A stretch of DNA of 64,000 nucleotides from Octopus bimaculoides (GCF_001194135.2 NC_068990.1:36573094-36637093); one strand, 5' to 3'; shown: positions 42,530 to 56,214, counted from the stretch's first letter. Notes: generated by a model from the sequence alone, not told the origin. A program made the numbers and translations.

Positions 42530-42645
42530 AGGGATGGCCACTAAGTGGACATCCCTTTTGAATTTTCTTGAGAACAATCTTTTCTTAGTGGTCAGACCAT
42601 AGGTGGTCTTCTTGCAAAAGGGATGTCCACTTAGTGGTCATCCCT
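42530..42645. mobile_element. 116-bp foldback MITE, mariner-like TIRs
   Basis: 31-bp arms AGGGATGGCCACTAAGTGGACATCCCTTTTG (42530-42560) and 42615-42645 are 30/31 complementary. Confidence 0.7.
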
Positions 42646-42657
42646 CTTATATGTACG

Positions 42658-42695
<38 letters not shown>

Positions 42696-44635
42696 ATATG
42701 GGCAAGTAATCCAAGCCCATGTTATCCAGTGTGCCTCTTTTCTGAGACAATGCAACATGATTTGAAGAAGATCTAGGGAGACCTGGCTGCTACTTCTTTT
42801 AAGTAGAGTGATGATCCAAAGTCTATGGTTATTCCCTTGGTTAGTCAAACAACCATTGTGATGTTCATAACTAGTTTAGAATAATTTCCTTGTATAGGTG
42901 ATGGTCGTTGCAGTGGTGGAATTGCTGCTTATGGTAGTGGTAGTTGCAATGATGAAGATGATTATAGTGTTGGTGGTAGTAGTGGTGATGGTGATGGTGA
43001 TGGTGGTGGGGTTTATGGAAGTGATGGTAGTGGTATGGATCAGATTGGTTGTTGTGCTGGTGATGAGAGGTAATAGTGATGGTTGTGGTTGTAGTGGTGG
43101 TGGTGATGGTCGTCGTGCTGTTATTGATGGTGATGGTAAAGACAGCGGTGAGAAGGATGTTTGTAGTGGTGATGATGATGATGATGCTAGTAATGATGAT
43201 GGTGGATTTTAACCAATAAGTACAAGAAAACAAGACAATTTCAATATAAAACTCACCACTGCCACCACCACCAACACCAACAGCAAGAACAACAACAACA
43301 ACACTATCACCAATGTTATCACCGCTGCTCTGTCACCATCTCCACCACCACCACCACTACCACCACTAATAATACTACTACCATTCTGTCACCCTGCTAC
43401 TAGCAGCACCACTATCACCACTAGCACTACTAGCCACATGCCAGCCATGCCACCACCACCAATACCACCACCACCACCCATATTCTTCCCTATCAGCCCC
43501 ACCCTATGATATTATGGCTGCAGTGGATGAAGAAGTGCTGTTGGCTTAGTCAGAGCCTAGGAATTTCTGCCGGTCATATTTACATTGTGTACTGGAGGCA
43601 AGGTGGGATTGAACCAAGCACCCCCACCACACAAACTGTGTGTGCAGTGGAAGTACATGACCATCACTCATCATTGTTAGTAAGTGTGTCTGTAAGCAGG
43701 AGGGTTGTTTGTGGTCGCTAAGCCAGCTAGAAATAATTGCCTGATTTCCCTCACATCACATCCTAACATTTTATAAAAAGGAAATATTATATAATTTGGT
43801 GTTGGGTTCCCTCTCTGTGTGTTAAGCAGATGGGATAGTCATGGGTGGAATGCTTTTTGATTACATTTCTGTTGGAGCAGAGCTAAGCAAAAACAACATC
43901 TCTGTTGGGACCACAGCTACCACTACTACTGCTGAAGTTATTAGTTATTATCAATGTCACTGTTACATTACCACCATTAGTACTACTGCCTCTACCATCT
44001 CTCAAAACAGCACCACCACAAAAACTACTACTACTGCTACTACACTTCCTATTTTGCTGGTACAACATCACCTTCACTGCCATCACCATAAACCATATTA
44101 ACAAAATGTCGACTACTACCTCCACCACCATCACAAATACAACTTCAACCACCACCACCACAATCATCATCACCATCATGACCACTAACAATATAACCAT
44201 TACCACCTTCATCAATATGTAGGAGCTAAACGGTTGCAAGATAGAGCACCCACATTTTCCTGTCAATTTATGAAAAAGTGAGTACACAGTAAATAATATG
44301 GTTCTAGATGCCCAACATGCAAGTGAAAAAGATTTATGGCAGGTATGGCTTTTATAAGTCTGCATGACCAGGCTGAGCCAGGGATTAAGCCGTTAATATA
44401 ACTATCCCATGTACCTACTGACTACTAAGAAAAGCAGACTAGTGAGGGTAAATTTATTTATGTATCTAATATGACTAAAATATAAATCAAGTACCCCTTA
44501 GTTCTTGAATTACAAATCTAAAAGACCTTTAATATGCCCTAGGAAATGTTTCCTTTGTGATTGCTTTGTGGATTACACTGCTAAGTTCACTTCTTGTTGC
44601 TAGATCACATAGGTTTTACTTTATATCTAACTTAA

Positions 44636-44830
44636 TCCTTTAGCATTTAAGCCAGCCATATCCGACCAAAATATTCAGCCCTGTTTTAACTTCAAACTGG
44701 CCAGCTCTTGCCTTTCACACTTCCTCAATCTAGACCATCAGTTCATTGAAATCTCAAAGCTACAAGATAATGCATAACAAGGTGAATAAATAAGCATTAC
44801 ATTTGACAAAGAAATCTGAATGTTAAAGGG
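44636..44830. mobile_element. piggyBac-type MITE, copy 1
   Basis: TTAA|TCCTTTAGCATT ... AATGTTAAAGGG|TTAA; interior is homologous to copy 2. Confidence 0.75.
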
Positions 44831-45041
44831 TTAAACATGATACGAACCATTGTCTCAAAATCACACACATGAAGATGCAAAACTTTTGCATTTTTAAAAT
44901 GCAGAATTTTCCATCTCAGTTAGAAATTCCTATAATCGGTGATTTATTTAGTACAGAAAATGTTTTAAAAGTCGTTTGTTAAAACAAAGAAGAAATCACC
45001 TTTGATCTTTCATCAATACTAATAACCTTTTCTCATTACAG

Positions 45042-45071
45042 GATCTGAAGTACTAATGGATGGTGGGAGAG
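45042..45071 (+). CDS. Candidate 30-nt microexon (xSEVLMDGGR, phase 1-1), gene unknown
   Basis: Branch-like CTAAT, then ACCTTTTCTCATTACAG | exon | GTAAGA. Only one frame is open. It could instead be a UTR or start-codon exon. Confidence 0.35.
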
Positions 45072-45110
45072 GTAAGATGTCGATATCCTCAGACTAGAGA
45101 ACTGGTTTAA

Positions 45111-45328
45111 CCCTTTAGCATTGAAACTGGCCATATCCGGCCAAAATATTTTACTCCTTTTGTATTCAAACTGGCCAGATCTGGCCCCTCACAACAACTT
45201 TTATTCTAAAAATTAACCATTAGCTAATGAAAATCTCAAAGCAACAAGATGAGATAATGCATGATTTATCCAAAACAATGTGAATAAATAGGCTTTACTC
45301 TTAATGAAATAAATTGAATGCTAAAGGG
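45111..45328. mobile_element. piggyBac-type MITE, copy 2
   Basis: TTAA|CCCTTTAGCATT ... AATGCTAAAGGG|TTAA: perfect 12-bp TIRs, TTAA target site and CCC/GGG termini. Confidence 0.85.
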
Positions 45329-45461
45329 TTAAATACTGACAACAGAGTGAGTAGCACTTAAAGTATCCAAGGACGGCTAGGTGATAATGTTAAACTGAGT
45401 GGCAGTTTAAGTCTTCCATTCAAGAATACAAACAAATGATTGAATGAGTTTCCACCATGTT

Positions 45462-45692
45462 TCTTATATTTTTACTGCCCACAAAGGGCTACACACAGAG
45501 GGGACAAACAAGGACAGACAAATGAATTAAGTCGATTATATCGACCTCAGTGTGTAACTGGTACTTACTTAATCAACCCCGAAAGGATGAAAGGCAAAGT
45601 CGACCTCTGCGGAATTTGAACTCAGAATGTAGTGGCAGACGAAATACCGCTAAGCATATCACCCGGCGTGCTAACGTTTCTGCCAGCTCAGC
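45462..45692 (-). mobile_element. SINE family B
   Basis: Head GCTGAGCTGGCAGAAACGTTAGCACGCCGG...GAGTTCAAATTCC; body GTCGACTTTGCCTTTCATCCTTTCGGGGT; at least 7 copies in the window. Confidence 0.8.
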
Positions 45693-47380
45693 GCCTTTAC
45701 CATGTTTCTATTTACCAAATTTCCTCCATAAAATTTGAGTCAACCAAAGTCTTGTAGTTTTGAAGAAGACATTTATTTGCCTAAGTTGCTGTGCTCCAGA
45801 AGTGAACCCGGTATCCAAGTGATTGTGAAGAAAATTTCTTAAACATATATCAATACCTGATACTACTCTCTGAAAACAGTTTCTTCATAATTCATAAAAC
45901 TAAAAAAAATGTAGGATCTGTATTCACATGTTTTTTCACCTGTAGGTAGGTTCTGACGACAGTTAAAAGAATGTTTGGAGACAATTAACTGATGTTATAT
46001 TCAGGAATGAGGCACAAGTGAATATGATAAAGAAAAAGAATAAGAACTACAGACAAACATAAAACCGCAGTCGTCAATAATGCAGCAATGCTAATTATTA
46101 TTAAAAAAAATAAATAAATAAAAGAAAATTTCAAAAAACTGGTTTAGTTCAATGGTAAATCCTTGAGAGACAGCAATAAAGATGGCATCACCAATACCAT
46201 TTAGACTTGTCATTCTAATTTAATTGAAATAATCAGATTAGCCAAAGATGTTGTTCTGATGCTGTCTTAAAGATTTCCTTCTGTTTTAATTTCCTATTAA
46301 GTTTGGAATGTTCAAAGAATATATTTGTATATATTGATTTATTTTCACTTGGCAAAATAATAATTGCAAGTCATTTTTGCTGCTGTTGTTGCTGTCACTC
46401 TCTGGTTCAACCTCAATGGAGTAGACCTATAATCAAACACATTCCAGTCGGCACCTTCCATTTTACTTTTCAAACATCATGTATCTATGACTACATTATC
46501 ATTCTTATTTTTAAACTAGCCATATGTGACTTTAGGGAGATTTAGATACTGTTTCTATAAGCAGCAAACGCCTTGAAAATCCCTCATTGCTTCAAATCAA
46601 TGTTGTTATCATTGGTACAGCTGCTGCTGCTGTTTCAGTTAGTGTTGTTGTTGTTGTTATTAATATTTTTGTTATTATCAAAACATATACATTCCAGCTG
46701 TAGCTGTTCTGTCTATCACATATTTTCAGCCATGATATACCTAATGCAAGATTATCCAAAGAGTCCTTCCTTTTTTAAAGACTGTTAAATGTGATTTGAA
46801 GAAACTTCGGTTGCTTTTTCTCACAATTCGAATAACTACTTAAAAACATCCTCATTGATTCAAAATAATAATCACTGTTAGTGTTGCTGTTAGCTTCGAG
46901 TCAACCCTAATTGAACAGATTTATGATCAAAGACATTCTATGTATGACCATCCTGTCTTTTTCCAAGTGCAAGAGAATCCAGGATCACATTGTGTCCTTT
47001 CATTGTCCATTTGCGTTCTTCATCAAAGGATAATTATGTTTTGAAGCTTAACGACATCATTGCCCCTATAAGACACAACTATGAGGTGTTAACAGAAAAC
47101 TCCTGCTCTACATGTGCCATGATTGTACTATCTAATGGGAATGCATGTACAGGTAAAAACCATTGACAGCCAACATACTGAGTCAGTTTACATACAGATT
47201 CCATGCCTTCTACCCATGTTTTATTGTTTCCTTAGGTTTTGGAACATTGTTAGAGCAGCTCTGCAATTTTATAATGTCTGACAACGTTGCTGTTGTTATT
47301 GCTGTTGTTTCTGTTGATGTTGTTACTGTAGCTGTTATGGTTGTTGTTCTTGGTGTTATCATAAGAACATACACATGAGT

Positions 47381-47805
47381 AGGCACAGGAGTGGGTGGGT
47401 GGTAAGTAGCTAGCTTACTAACCACATGGTCATGGGTTCAGTTCCACTGTGTGCTACCTTGGGCAAGAGTCTTCTACTATAGCCTCAGGCCAACCAAAGC
47501 CTTGTGAGTGAATTTGGCAAACGAAAACTGGAAGAAGCCCATCGTATATGTATATATATATGTATATGTATATGTGTGTATATATATATTTGTGTGTCTT
47601 CGTTTGTCTCCCCTCCCAGCATCGCTTGACAACCGATGCTGGTGTGTTTACGTCCCCGTCACTTAGCGGTTTGGCAAGAGAAACCAATAGAATAAGTACT
47701 AGGCTTACAAAGAATAAGTCCTGGGGTCGATTTACTCGACTAAAGGCAGTGCTCCAGCATGGCCTCAGTCAAATGACTGAAACAAGTAAAAGAATAAAAT
47801 AAAAA
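47381..47805 (+). mobile_element. SINE family A, full length
   Basis: Homologous to the other copies. Confidence 0.85.
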
Positions 47806-49633
47806 GAATGACAAAACTTCTTAACCACATGGTTTTGGGTTCGATCTCACTGTATGGTAATTTAGGCAAGTATCTTCTACAACAGCCTGATGAAAATCTT
47901 GTGACTGGATTGTATTGATGAAAACTGAAATTTGTGTGTGTGTATGTTACTTGTCTTGATATCATGTGATCGGATAGTTGTAAATGAGTGCCACTGTCAT
48001 ATAAGTGGTGTCCTTCCCTCCCGATCTTCCATGAAAAAATGCCTGGCCATGAGGAAATATTATTACCTTGCCTGGAATCAGGGAAAGGTTTGTAACAAAA
48101 AAGGGGGCATCTGGCTGTAAAAAATTTGCTCCCACAAATTCTATCCATCTTTTGCAAACATGAAAAATCAGACATTAAAACAATGATCATAAGGATGATC
48201 TACCCTAAATTTTGGAAGAAGTTTGGCTATGGAAAATTATACCCTATAATTTACACAATTCAAAATCAAGTAAATTATAGAATATACACATCACCCAGAA
48301 AACTGAAAAATCAGTTTTTTTCAAATAAATTCCTTTGCAGTATATTTTCTGCAATAGATTGCAGACACTCCTTTGTCATTCTTAGCATCATAAGTGAACC
48401 AGACATTCATCAGGAAATCATAACCAATGAGGCTATTATTCACAGTCTGTGGTATAAAATAAATCAGAAAAATAACAAGTACATATATTAGAAAGAGAGA
48501 CAGATAAACTATCTCCAAATATTTATCTGCTGTCATTTGTACTGAACATGAATTGTCATAAAAACATTCAGTTACCTATTTGCAATGATCCAGCATAGTC
48601 AGAAAATCTAAATGTATTCAGCTCTTATTTTCTAAACGAAATATTAAAGTGTGCAGGAAAAGCTATGCAGATTAAAAGTTTATCTTGGCACTGCATGATT
48701 TCTGAGTTCAATCCTGCTGCACAGTTATCTAACGAACAAGCCCTCTACTTTAAGCTGAGTCAACCAAAGCCTTGTGAATGAGAACTGTTAGATGGAAAAT
48801 GTGTGGAAACTTGTCAGAGGCTTGGTTTCTATACTTGGGCGGTAGACACAGTTTTTCTCAATGTTCAACACCACCTCCTGCTCCATAGGTGCCTTGAGTG
48901 GGAATCCATTTTGTCGAAAGCATTCACATCAAGTCTCTTTGTTTTGAAGGATAATTTCCTTCATTCTTCTAGCAATCTTAGAGACACTGAAACAGGGAGC
49001 TACAGTCAGTCACCTTCCTTTCTCTTCTGACAAAACCATTAAAAAACAAAAGATACATATATGATGAATGGATAATTAGAGACTGTAGATAATTAGTTAT
49101 GTGAGTATGTTTGTGTATATGCATAGACACACATACACACACACAAAGTTATAAGATATATAAATAAATAGGTATGCAGAGAGCTAGATATATTAACCGA
49201 CGGAAACACAATGAAAAAGATTGATAGATAAATAGCGAGATAGAAAGACAGATAGATAAATTGGTTTTAAAACCAATAATTTTACAAGAAATAATGGATG
49301 GTGAAATACTTAAAGCTGTCATCTAATTTAGTGTTTCATTTGAAACCGAAGAAAGATATATTTTAGCAGCGGATCTTAAGAATGTAGTCCAAACAAGATG
49401 AGACAGAAACTAAATTGAAGCTGTCAAAGAAGCAATTAAATGGAAGGTGATTGCCAGTCTGAATGTATATTTTGATCTTACCAAGTTCTATTGACCTTAT
49501 AACATTGAGAAGATCCAATTATTATAAGGGACTGCACTGTAGCCAATTTTAATATACTTATATATATATACACATACATACATACATACATACATATGTG
49601 TGTGCGTGTGTATGTGTAAACATATATATATAG

Positions 49634-49750
<117 letters not shown>

Positions 49751-49765
49751 TACACATACATATAT

Positions 49766-49814
<49 letters not shown>

Positions 49815-49983
49815 TATGCATATATATATATACATACACATAAATATATACATACATATTATATATATATATATACACACGTATACATATATGTATGTAT
49901 CTAGGTAGGTAGGTAGGTAGGCAGGTAGGTATGTAGCTATGTATGAAAAGACACGTGTGTGTGTGTGTGTGTATGCGTGTATG

Positions 49984-50031
<48 letters not shown>

Positions 50032-50117
50032 TACATTTTTCATGAGTATATATATGTGTGTATATATATATAAATATTATACATACATATGTGGGTGGAT
50101 GTATCATATGGATATAT

Positions 50118-50316
50118 TCACAAAATATTCTTGAAATATAGGGGCACATCTTATGTAGAGATGCATCTTATGTGCAATGAGATATGGTATACATACATCC
50201 ATACTCATAGACAGACAGACATATAGATAGATAAATTGATAGATAGGTACCCTATTTACCATACATGAAACACAACTCTGCATAAGATGCCCATAGTTTT
50301 CACGGATATTTTGTGA
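50118..50316. repeat. Inverted repeat with about 42-nt arms
   Basis: TCACAAAATATTCTTGAAATATAGGGGCACATCTTATGTAGAG versus the reverse complement of 50276-50316, TCACAAAATATCCGTGAAAACTATGGGCATCTTATGCAGAG. Confidence 0.75.
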
Positions 50317-50864
50317 GGGAAAACATTAGTATACTTCATCACACAATCAAGAAAAGTGATTTTCAAACAGTTTTAGAAGGAAAAAATATTCTTTTGTGCA
50401 AGTCAGTAGTGTATATATACTAAGCATTATACTAAGCTGCTAAAAGAAAATTCTTTAAATTTACCAAAGCTAAATAGATGCAGAGCAGTTAATACTGTTA
50501 CATGAAAGCAAAGCAAATATATTGGTGAGAATTTGTAGATAGGAAACAGTGATGAACAGTAAGTATGCATAAATTTCTGTAAATTAAGCTCAAGATGATG
50601 AAGTAAAATATTTCTTAAATGTTGGTTTCATATTTTGGCACAAGGCCAGCAATTTGGGGGAGTAAGTTGATTATATTGATCCCAGTGCTCAAATGGTCCT
50701 TATTTTATTAACCCCTAAAAGAGGAAATGCCAAGGTGACCTTAGTAGAATTTGAAATATTCCCTAAAAATTGAACAGGGAAAAATTAAATATATGCTAAA
50801 AGAAACTGATATTTTGTGTATTAGTATATGCTTTTTAGTATATACAATAAATGTCAGAAATATA

Positions 50865-51601
50865 TATATTATTCGAAGTGTACAGTATTATATGTCTATT
50901 GTGGCCGATCTTACCAATCGATTTTGTGCTAGCGATTCAACGGAATGTTAGGTAACAATCTGATTATGTAACCCTGCTCTCATCAGAGGTAGCCATTATG
51001 CAATGAAATGTGGTGACTGTTCTCTAGTGCTGGAGGTGAACATACACATCCGGTATGCAATTACTGTGAAAAAGATGATGAAATGAAACGAAATGAGTAA
51101 AAGTTTTCTGGAGAAGTTTGTGCAAAAGCTGTATGCACACATAAAGACCCTATGAACTTAACCAATACATAAAAGAAAGAAAACACAAACAAACACAGAT
51201 GTGTATACCCATATTCACTGCATAGGTTATACATATAGACTACTACACAAATTCCATTTCCATAAGAACACCAACCTTAAGGACACACACATTTCCCACA
51301 AACTTTTCCAGGAAACTCTTTCTGACTTACAACATAACCACTCCAGTAGTGATGTTTTGGTACCAATGGACATAACTCTTAAACCAATCCTCTACCTGTT
51401 TCGTTTCACCATCTTTTTCACAACCACAAACTGGATGTGTCTATTCACCAACACTAGAGAGAAGTCACCACATTTCATTCCATAAAGGCTAGCTCTGATG
51501 AGTGCAGGGTTGTTACATAAATGGATTGTCACCTAACACTCTGCTGAATCCTTAACATCGGCCATAATGGATATATAATACTGTACACTTCGGATAATAT
51601 A
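50865..51601. repeat. Large inverted repeat: arms about 50865-51125 and 51290-51601
   Basis: Shared blocks include CGAAGTGTACAGTATTATAT, GTTAGGT.ACAATC, CTCATCAGAG.TAGCC, AATGAAATGTGGTGACT, GTGAAAAAGATG and CTGGA.AAGTTTGTG. The right arm has an extra segment of about 70 nt. Confidence 0.85.
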
Positions 51602-52109
51602 CCCACTCTATTAATAGATATAAGTGCATTTTTACCTGACTTATGGACTCTTAGACACCTTACACACACACACACACACACACAAACACAAACACACACG
51701 TTGAAAGCTTGAAAGAATAAAGGAAGTTTGACAAAAAGTGGATGTCTTGAAAATAATGATGGTACTACACCCAAGTGGCAGATTTATGCAACACAAAACA
51801 TAACTGTCAAAAATACATGTTTCATATCCTGTCATGAAATCTCTTGACTAAAAAGGAAGCAAACTACACTCTCACCTCTCACACAGCTACTCTGATTTAT
51901 GAGAGAATTGGGTTAAGATGTTCCTCCATTAACATAGGAAATAAACATTTTCAGAACTAGTAAATCAATGACTTCAAAATGTGAAAAACAAGTCTAAATG
52001 CTTGTATCTATATTGATCTCTTTATCTTTGGAAAAGGTGCAAAGTTAGTGATAATTTTTTTTAAGCCTTAAATCGGCCTAATTACTCTCAAGGATATTAA
52101 TAATCTTTT

Positions 52110-52295
52110 AAATGTTTCAGTTATTGGACTGTGGCCATACCGGGACACCATCTTGAAGGAATTTAGTTGAACACATCTGGTTCTTATTCTGTTGGCCTCT
52201 ATGCCAAACCACTAAGATGTGGGGTTGTAAACAAACCAATACTGGTTGTCAAGTGGTGGGGAGACGAACTCAGATACAAAGGACACACATAAATT

Positions 52296-52335
<40 letters not shown>

Positions 52336-52372
52336 AATACACATACATATATATATATATATATATATGTAA

Positions 52373-52403
<31 letters not shown>

Positions 52404-52680
52404 CACATACATATATATGTATATATTCGTACATATACTTACATACATACATACATATATACATATATATATAATGGTCATTACATATTTTTCCTTATAT
52501 ATATAAATCAATACATATAAATATACAATATTTATGGGCTTCTACACAGTTTCCATTAACCAAATTCACCCACAAGGCATCAATTAACCCAAGGCTATAG
52601 TAGAAAACACTTACCTACGGCTGTGCAGCAGAACTGAACCTGATACCCCGTGGCTACAATATAGGCTTCTTTAACATGGC
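52110..52680 (-). mobile_element. SINE family A, diverged, expanded internal microsatellite
   Basis: Tail at 52110-52280, (TA)-rich block, head at about 52525-52680. Confidence 0.7.
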
Positions 52681-52917
52681 AAAATTCTTTTAGAATTTCT
52701 CAACTACTTTTTCTTTTACAGAATTCCATTATTATTGTTTTTTACCCAATCACACATCATCATTATTAGAACAACCATCACCATCATCATCATTATCATC
52801 AACATTTAGCATCTGTTCTCCACGCTGGCATCGTGTTTGGACACATCCATGTAATAATAGACCATTTGTTCCAATTCCATTTCCGAAGGCTGAAAGTAAC
52901 GCTTGCTGCTAGTACAG

Positions 52918-52997
52918 CTTAATCCTTCTGTTGTTTCAAAACCTTCCCCTAAACAATCTCAGTCTTACGAGCCTAAAACTGAACCCAAACTAATAAG
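52918..52997 (+). CDS. Candidate exon LNPSVVSKPSPKQSQSYEPKTEPKLI(R), gene unknown
   Basis: TAGTACAG | 80 nt | GTAGGT; Pro/Ser/Lys-rich reading; modest acceptor. Confidence 0.2.
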
Positions 52998-53288
52998 GTA
53001 GGTTTCTTTATTGATTCTCCAAGATGCCTAAACCATACTTTATTTGCAATTTCATTCCTCTCTCCTCCATCCAACATTTTAGATGAACATAAATAGAATT
53101 TCTATTGAGTATCCTTTCCTTAGGTGGTGTTTTTCTTTTAAAACGTAGAAAAGATGACAGGTTTCTGCCAACAGCACTGTTTGCTAAAATAAACGTTTTA
53201 TGTGCCTTGTCAAAAAAACATGTTTTAACATGTTCTAACCCTGTTTTCTAATATCCATCTATGTAATACCCAGGTTGAAACCGATTGG

Positions 53289-53319
<31 letters not shown>

Positions 53320-53879
53320 TGTTCATAAATTACCTTTACAGTTTTTGCACTTCCAACGTTTAAATTATAAAGACACTTTATGAACAGCTATATATATATA
53401 TATATTTTTTTTTGTGTGTGTGTGTGTGTGTGTGTTCATACATGCATGTGTGTATGCATGCTTGTACATACATATGTATGTATGTATGCATGCATGTGAG
53501 TGCGCTTGACAACCAGTGTTTAGTTATTTATGGCACCCATGACTTAGTAATTCAACAAAAGAGAACAAAATAGGTACCAGACTAAAAAAACAATAAGAAG
53601 TACCCGAGGTTGGGGCACTACTGCCAAAGCAGTACCCCCCAGCATTGACACAGTCCAATGACTAAAAAAAATTATAAACATGTGATTGATGCCCATGAAC
53701 AACTGTCACCTTTGTATTTAGTGGACTCTTCATGTGTAATTCTTGTTCTATTTGTCATACAGATGTTACAGATATGGAGCACGATGATATTGATCCTCTG
53801 TTACTTTTACACACATATCCCCCACCACCACCACCAACCCACCACCACCACTACCAACAACAACAACAACAATACCTTT

Positions 53880-54085
53880 TCTTTTCTAGGCACAAGGCCC
53901 AAAATTTTGTGGGAGTTGGCCAGTCGATTAGATCGACCTCAGTACACAGCTGTTACTTAATTCATCAACCCCTGAAAAGGATGAAAGGCAAAGTCAACCT
54001 TGGCAGAATTTGAACTTAGAACATAAAAACATGAAATACTGCTAAGCATTTCGCCCAGCATGCTAATGTTTCTGCCATCTTGCTG
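53880..54085 (-). mobile_element. SINE family B
   Basis: Reverse-complement homology. Confidence 0.75.
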
Positions 54086-54726
54086 TCTTACAACAACAAC
54101 AATATCACCACTACTGGCTGTTCTTTTATGTAACTGGTAACATGTAATTGTGTAAAACTTTATGGTCAGCATTGACTAACTGGTACCTCCACCAGAAGAC
54201 ATTCCTGAAGGAGATTGCAAGAAATCCATCAGTAGAAAAACATTGCTTGTCCAATGAATGAATAATTCATCCCAGCATAGAGTTAGTAATTTATTGAATA
54301 AAAGTGCTCAGATTTAGAAATTCCATGTTGATTACTAGAAGTGAAGCACCCTTGAGCTTACTTTAGCATATGTCTCCAGATTGATGTTACTTTGATATAA
54401 AGGCTTTTATGCAAGTAATGGCCTTGATAATGTCAATGACCTTCAAAATTAGCTGGAGATCTCGATGCCCCTACCCTCATGTCTCCATGGTCGTTTTTGA
54501 TACCAGCCATCTCAACTTGTCTCTGGATCATGTCAGTTGTGTAGAGAAGTCTGTCATTTGTATTACATGTGTTATTCTGTTCAGACATTGCTAACATCAT
54601 TTAAATATTCAGTCTTCTTGGCAACTGAAGGAACTGTGTGGATGTGTGTGTGTGTGTGTGTCTGTATACGTGTATGGCTACATATATGTATGTGTGTGTG
54701 TAAGCATATGTGTATTTTTATTTTAC

Positions 54727-55090
54727 ATCTTTTATTTGTTTCAGTTGTAGCCATGCTGGAGCACCACCTTAAGGAGTTTTAGACAAATTTATTGACCTCA
54801 GTACTAATTTTTTTTAAATTAGTATTTCTTCTATTGATCTCTTTTGCTGAACCACTAAGTTACAGAGATAAAAAAAAACTCCAACACCAGTCTTCAAGTG
54901 GTGATGGGTGACAAACACTGACACAAGCACACACACATATGGTGAACTTCTTTCAGTTCCCCTCTACCAAATCCATTCACAAGGCTTTGGTTAGTTTGAG
55001 GCTATTGGGAGAAGACACTTGCCCAAAGTACTATAGAGTGGGACTGACCCAAGAACCAAGTGATTTAGAAACTTCTTATCACAGCTGTGT
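54727..55090 (-). mobile_element. SINE family A
   Basis: Reverse-complement homology. Confidence 0.75.
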
Positions 55091-55748
55091 CTGAGCTAGT
55101 GTGTAACATTTAATCTAAACACAATGTTTGCATGGAAATACTGCATTATCTGAATTATTATTTTATTCCATTTAATAGATTTATTTTCTATAACAAAAGA
55201 CACTAATTAAAACTTGGCTAACAATACAAATATTTATAACATCCAGAATTTGTTTTGCTTGTTTCGTTACATAAATTGAATAAAATCAGCAATTATAAAA
55301 TAAAAAAAAATAACTAAAAATGAAATACTACAATTATTGTAATCAAAAAAATTTTTTCTATTCAGAATATAACATTCAACCATAGCTAAAATTGAAATAA
55401 CCTTTAACATTATAAAAAATTGTTTCTGAAATTTCTGCTACTTATTTGTTATCTTGCTTCATTACACTGATATGGTAGGGTACATTTAGGGTTGTAATCA
55501 ATACAGTAATTAAAACAGTAGATAAGTTAAGGAGTGCTGTATTTACTCAGTTTGTTAATTACTAGCAAGCGGAAAGGAGTTTGCAGAAGTCATACAGAGC
55601 TGGACTAAATGGATTACTGCATTTAATCTCATTCAATTTATGTTCTGAGTTCAAAATCTGGCATAGTTATCTCTACATTTCTTTCATTCTGGGATCATTG
55701 AATAAATACTAGTAAAACTACTATGCTTGTTAATTAATATTGTTAATT

Positions 55749-55924
55749 AGACGCAGGAGTGGCTGTGTGGTAAGTAGCTTGCTTACCACCCACATGGTTC
55801 TGGGTTCAGTCCCACTGCATGGCACCTTGGCCAAGTGTCTTCTACTATAGCCTCGGGCCGACCAAAGCCTTGTGAGTGGATTTGGTAGACAGAAACTGAA
55901 AGAAGCCCGTCGTATATATGTATA

Positions 55925-56011
<87 letters not shown>

Positions 56012-56214
56012 TTGTGTGTCTGTGTTTGTTCCCCCCACCATCGCTTGACAGCCGATGGTGGTGTGTTTACATCCCCGTAACTTAGCGGTTCGGCAAAAGA
56101 GACGGATAGAATAAGTACTAGGCTTACAAAGAATAAGACCTGGGGTCGATTTGCTCGACTAAAGGCGGTGCTCCAGCATGGCCGCAGTCAAATGACTGAA
56201 ACAAGTAAAAGAGT
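55749..56214 (+). mobile_element. SINE family A, best-preserved copy
   Basis: Complete head, core, long (TA)n and tail, with CpGs retained. Confidence 0.9.

Noticed and set aside
48790-48986. Minus frame VSKIARRMKEIILQNKET*CECF... giving a UxxC pattern if TGA were Sec
   Set aside because: No resemblance to a selenoprotein family I recognise, no SECIS identified, and no good donor site.
51480-51560. CUGAUGA box in both arms of the large inverted repeat
   Set aside because: It is not followed by a closing stem and GAAA, so it is not a hammerhead.
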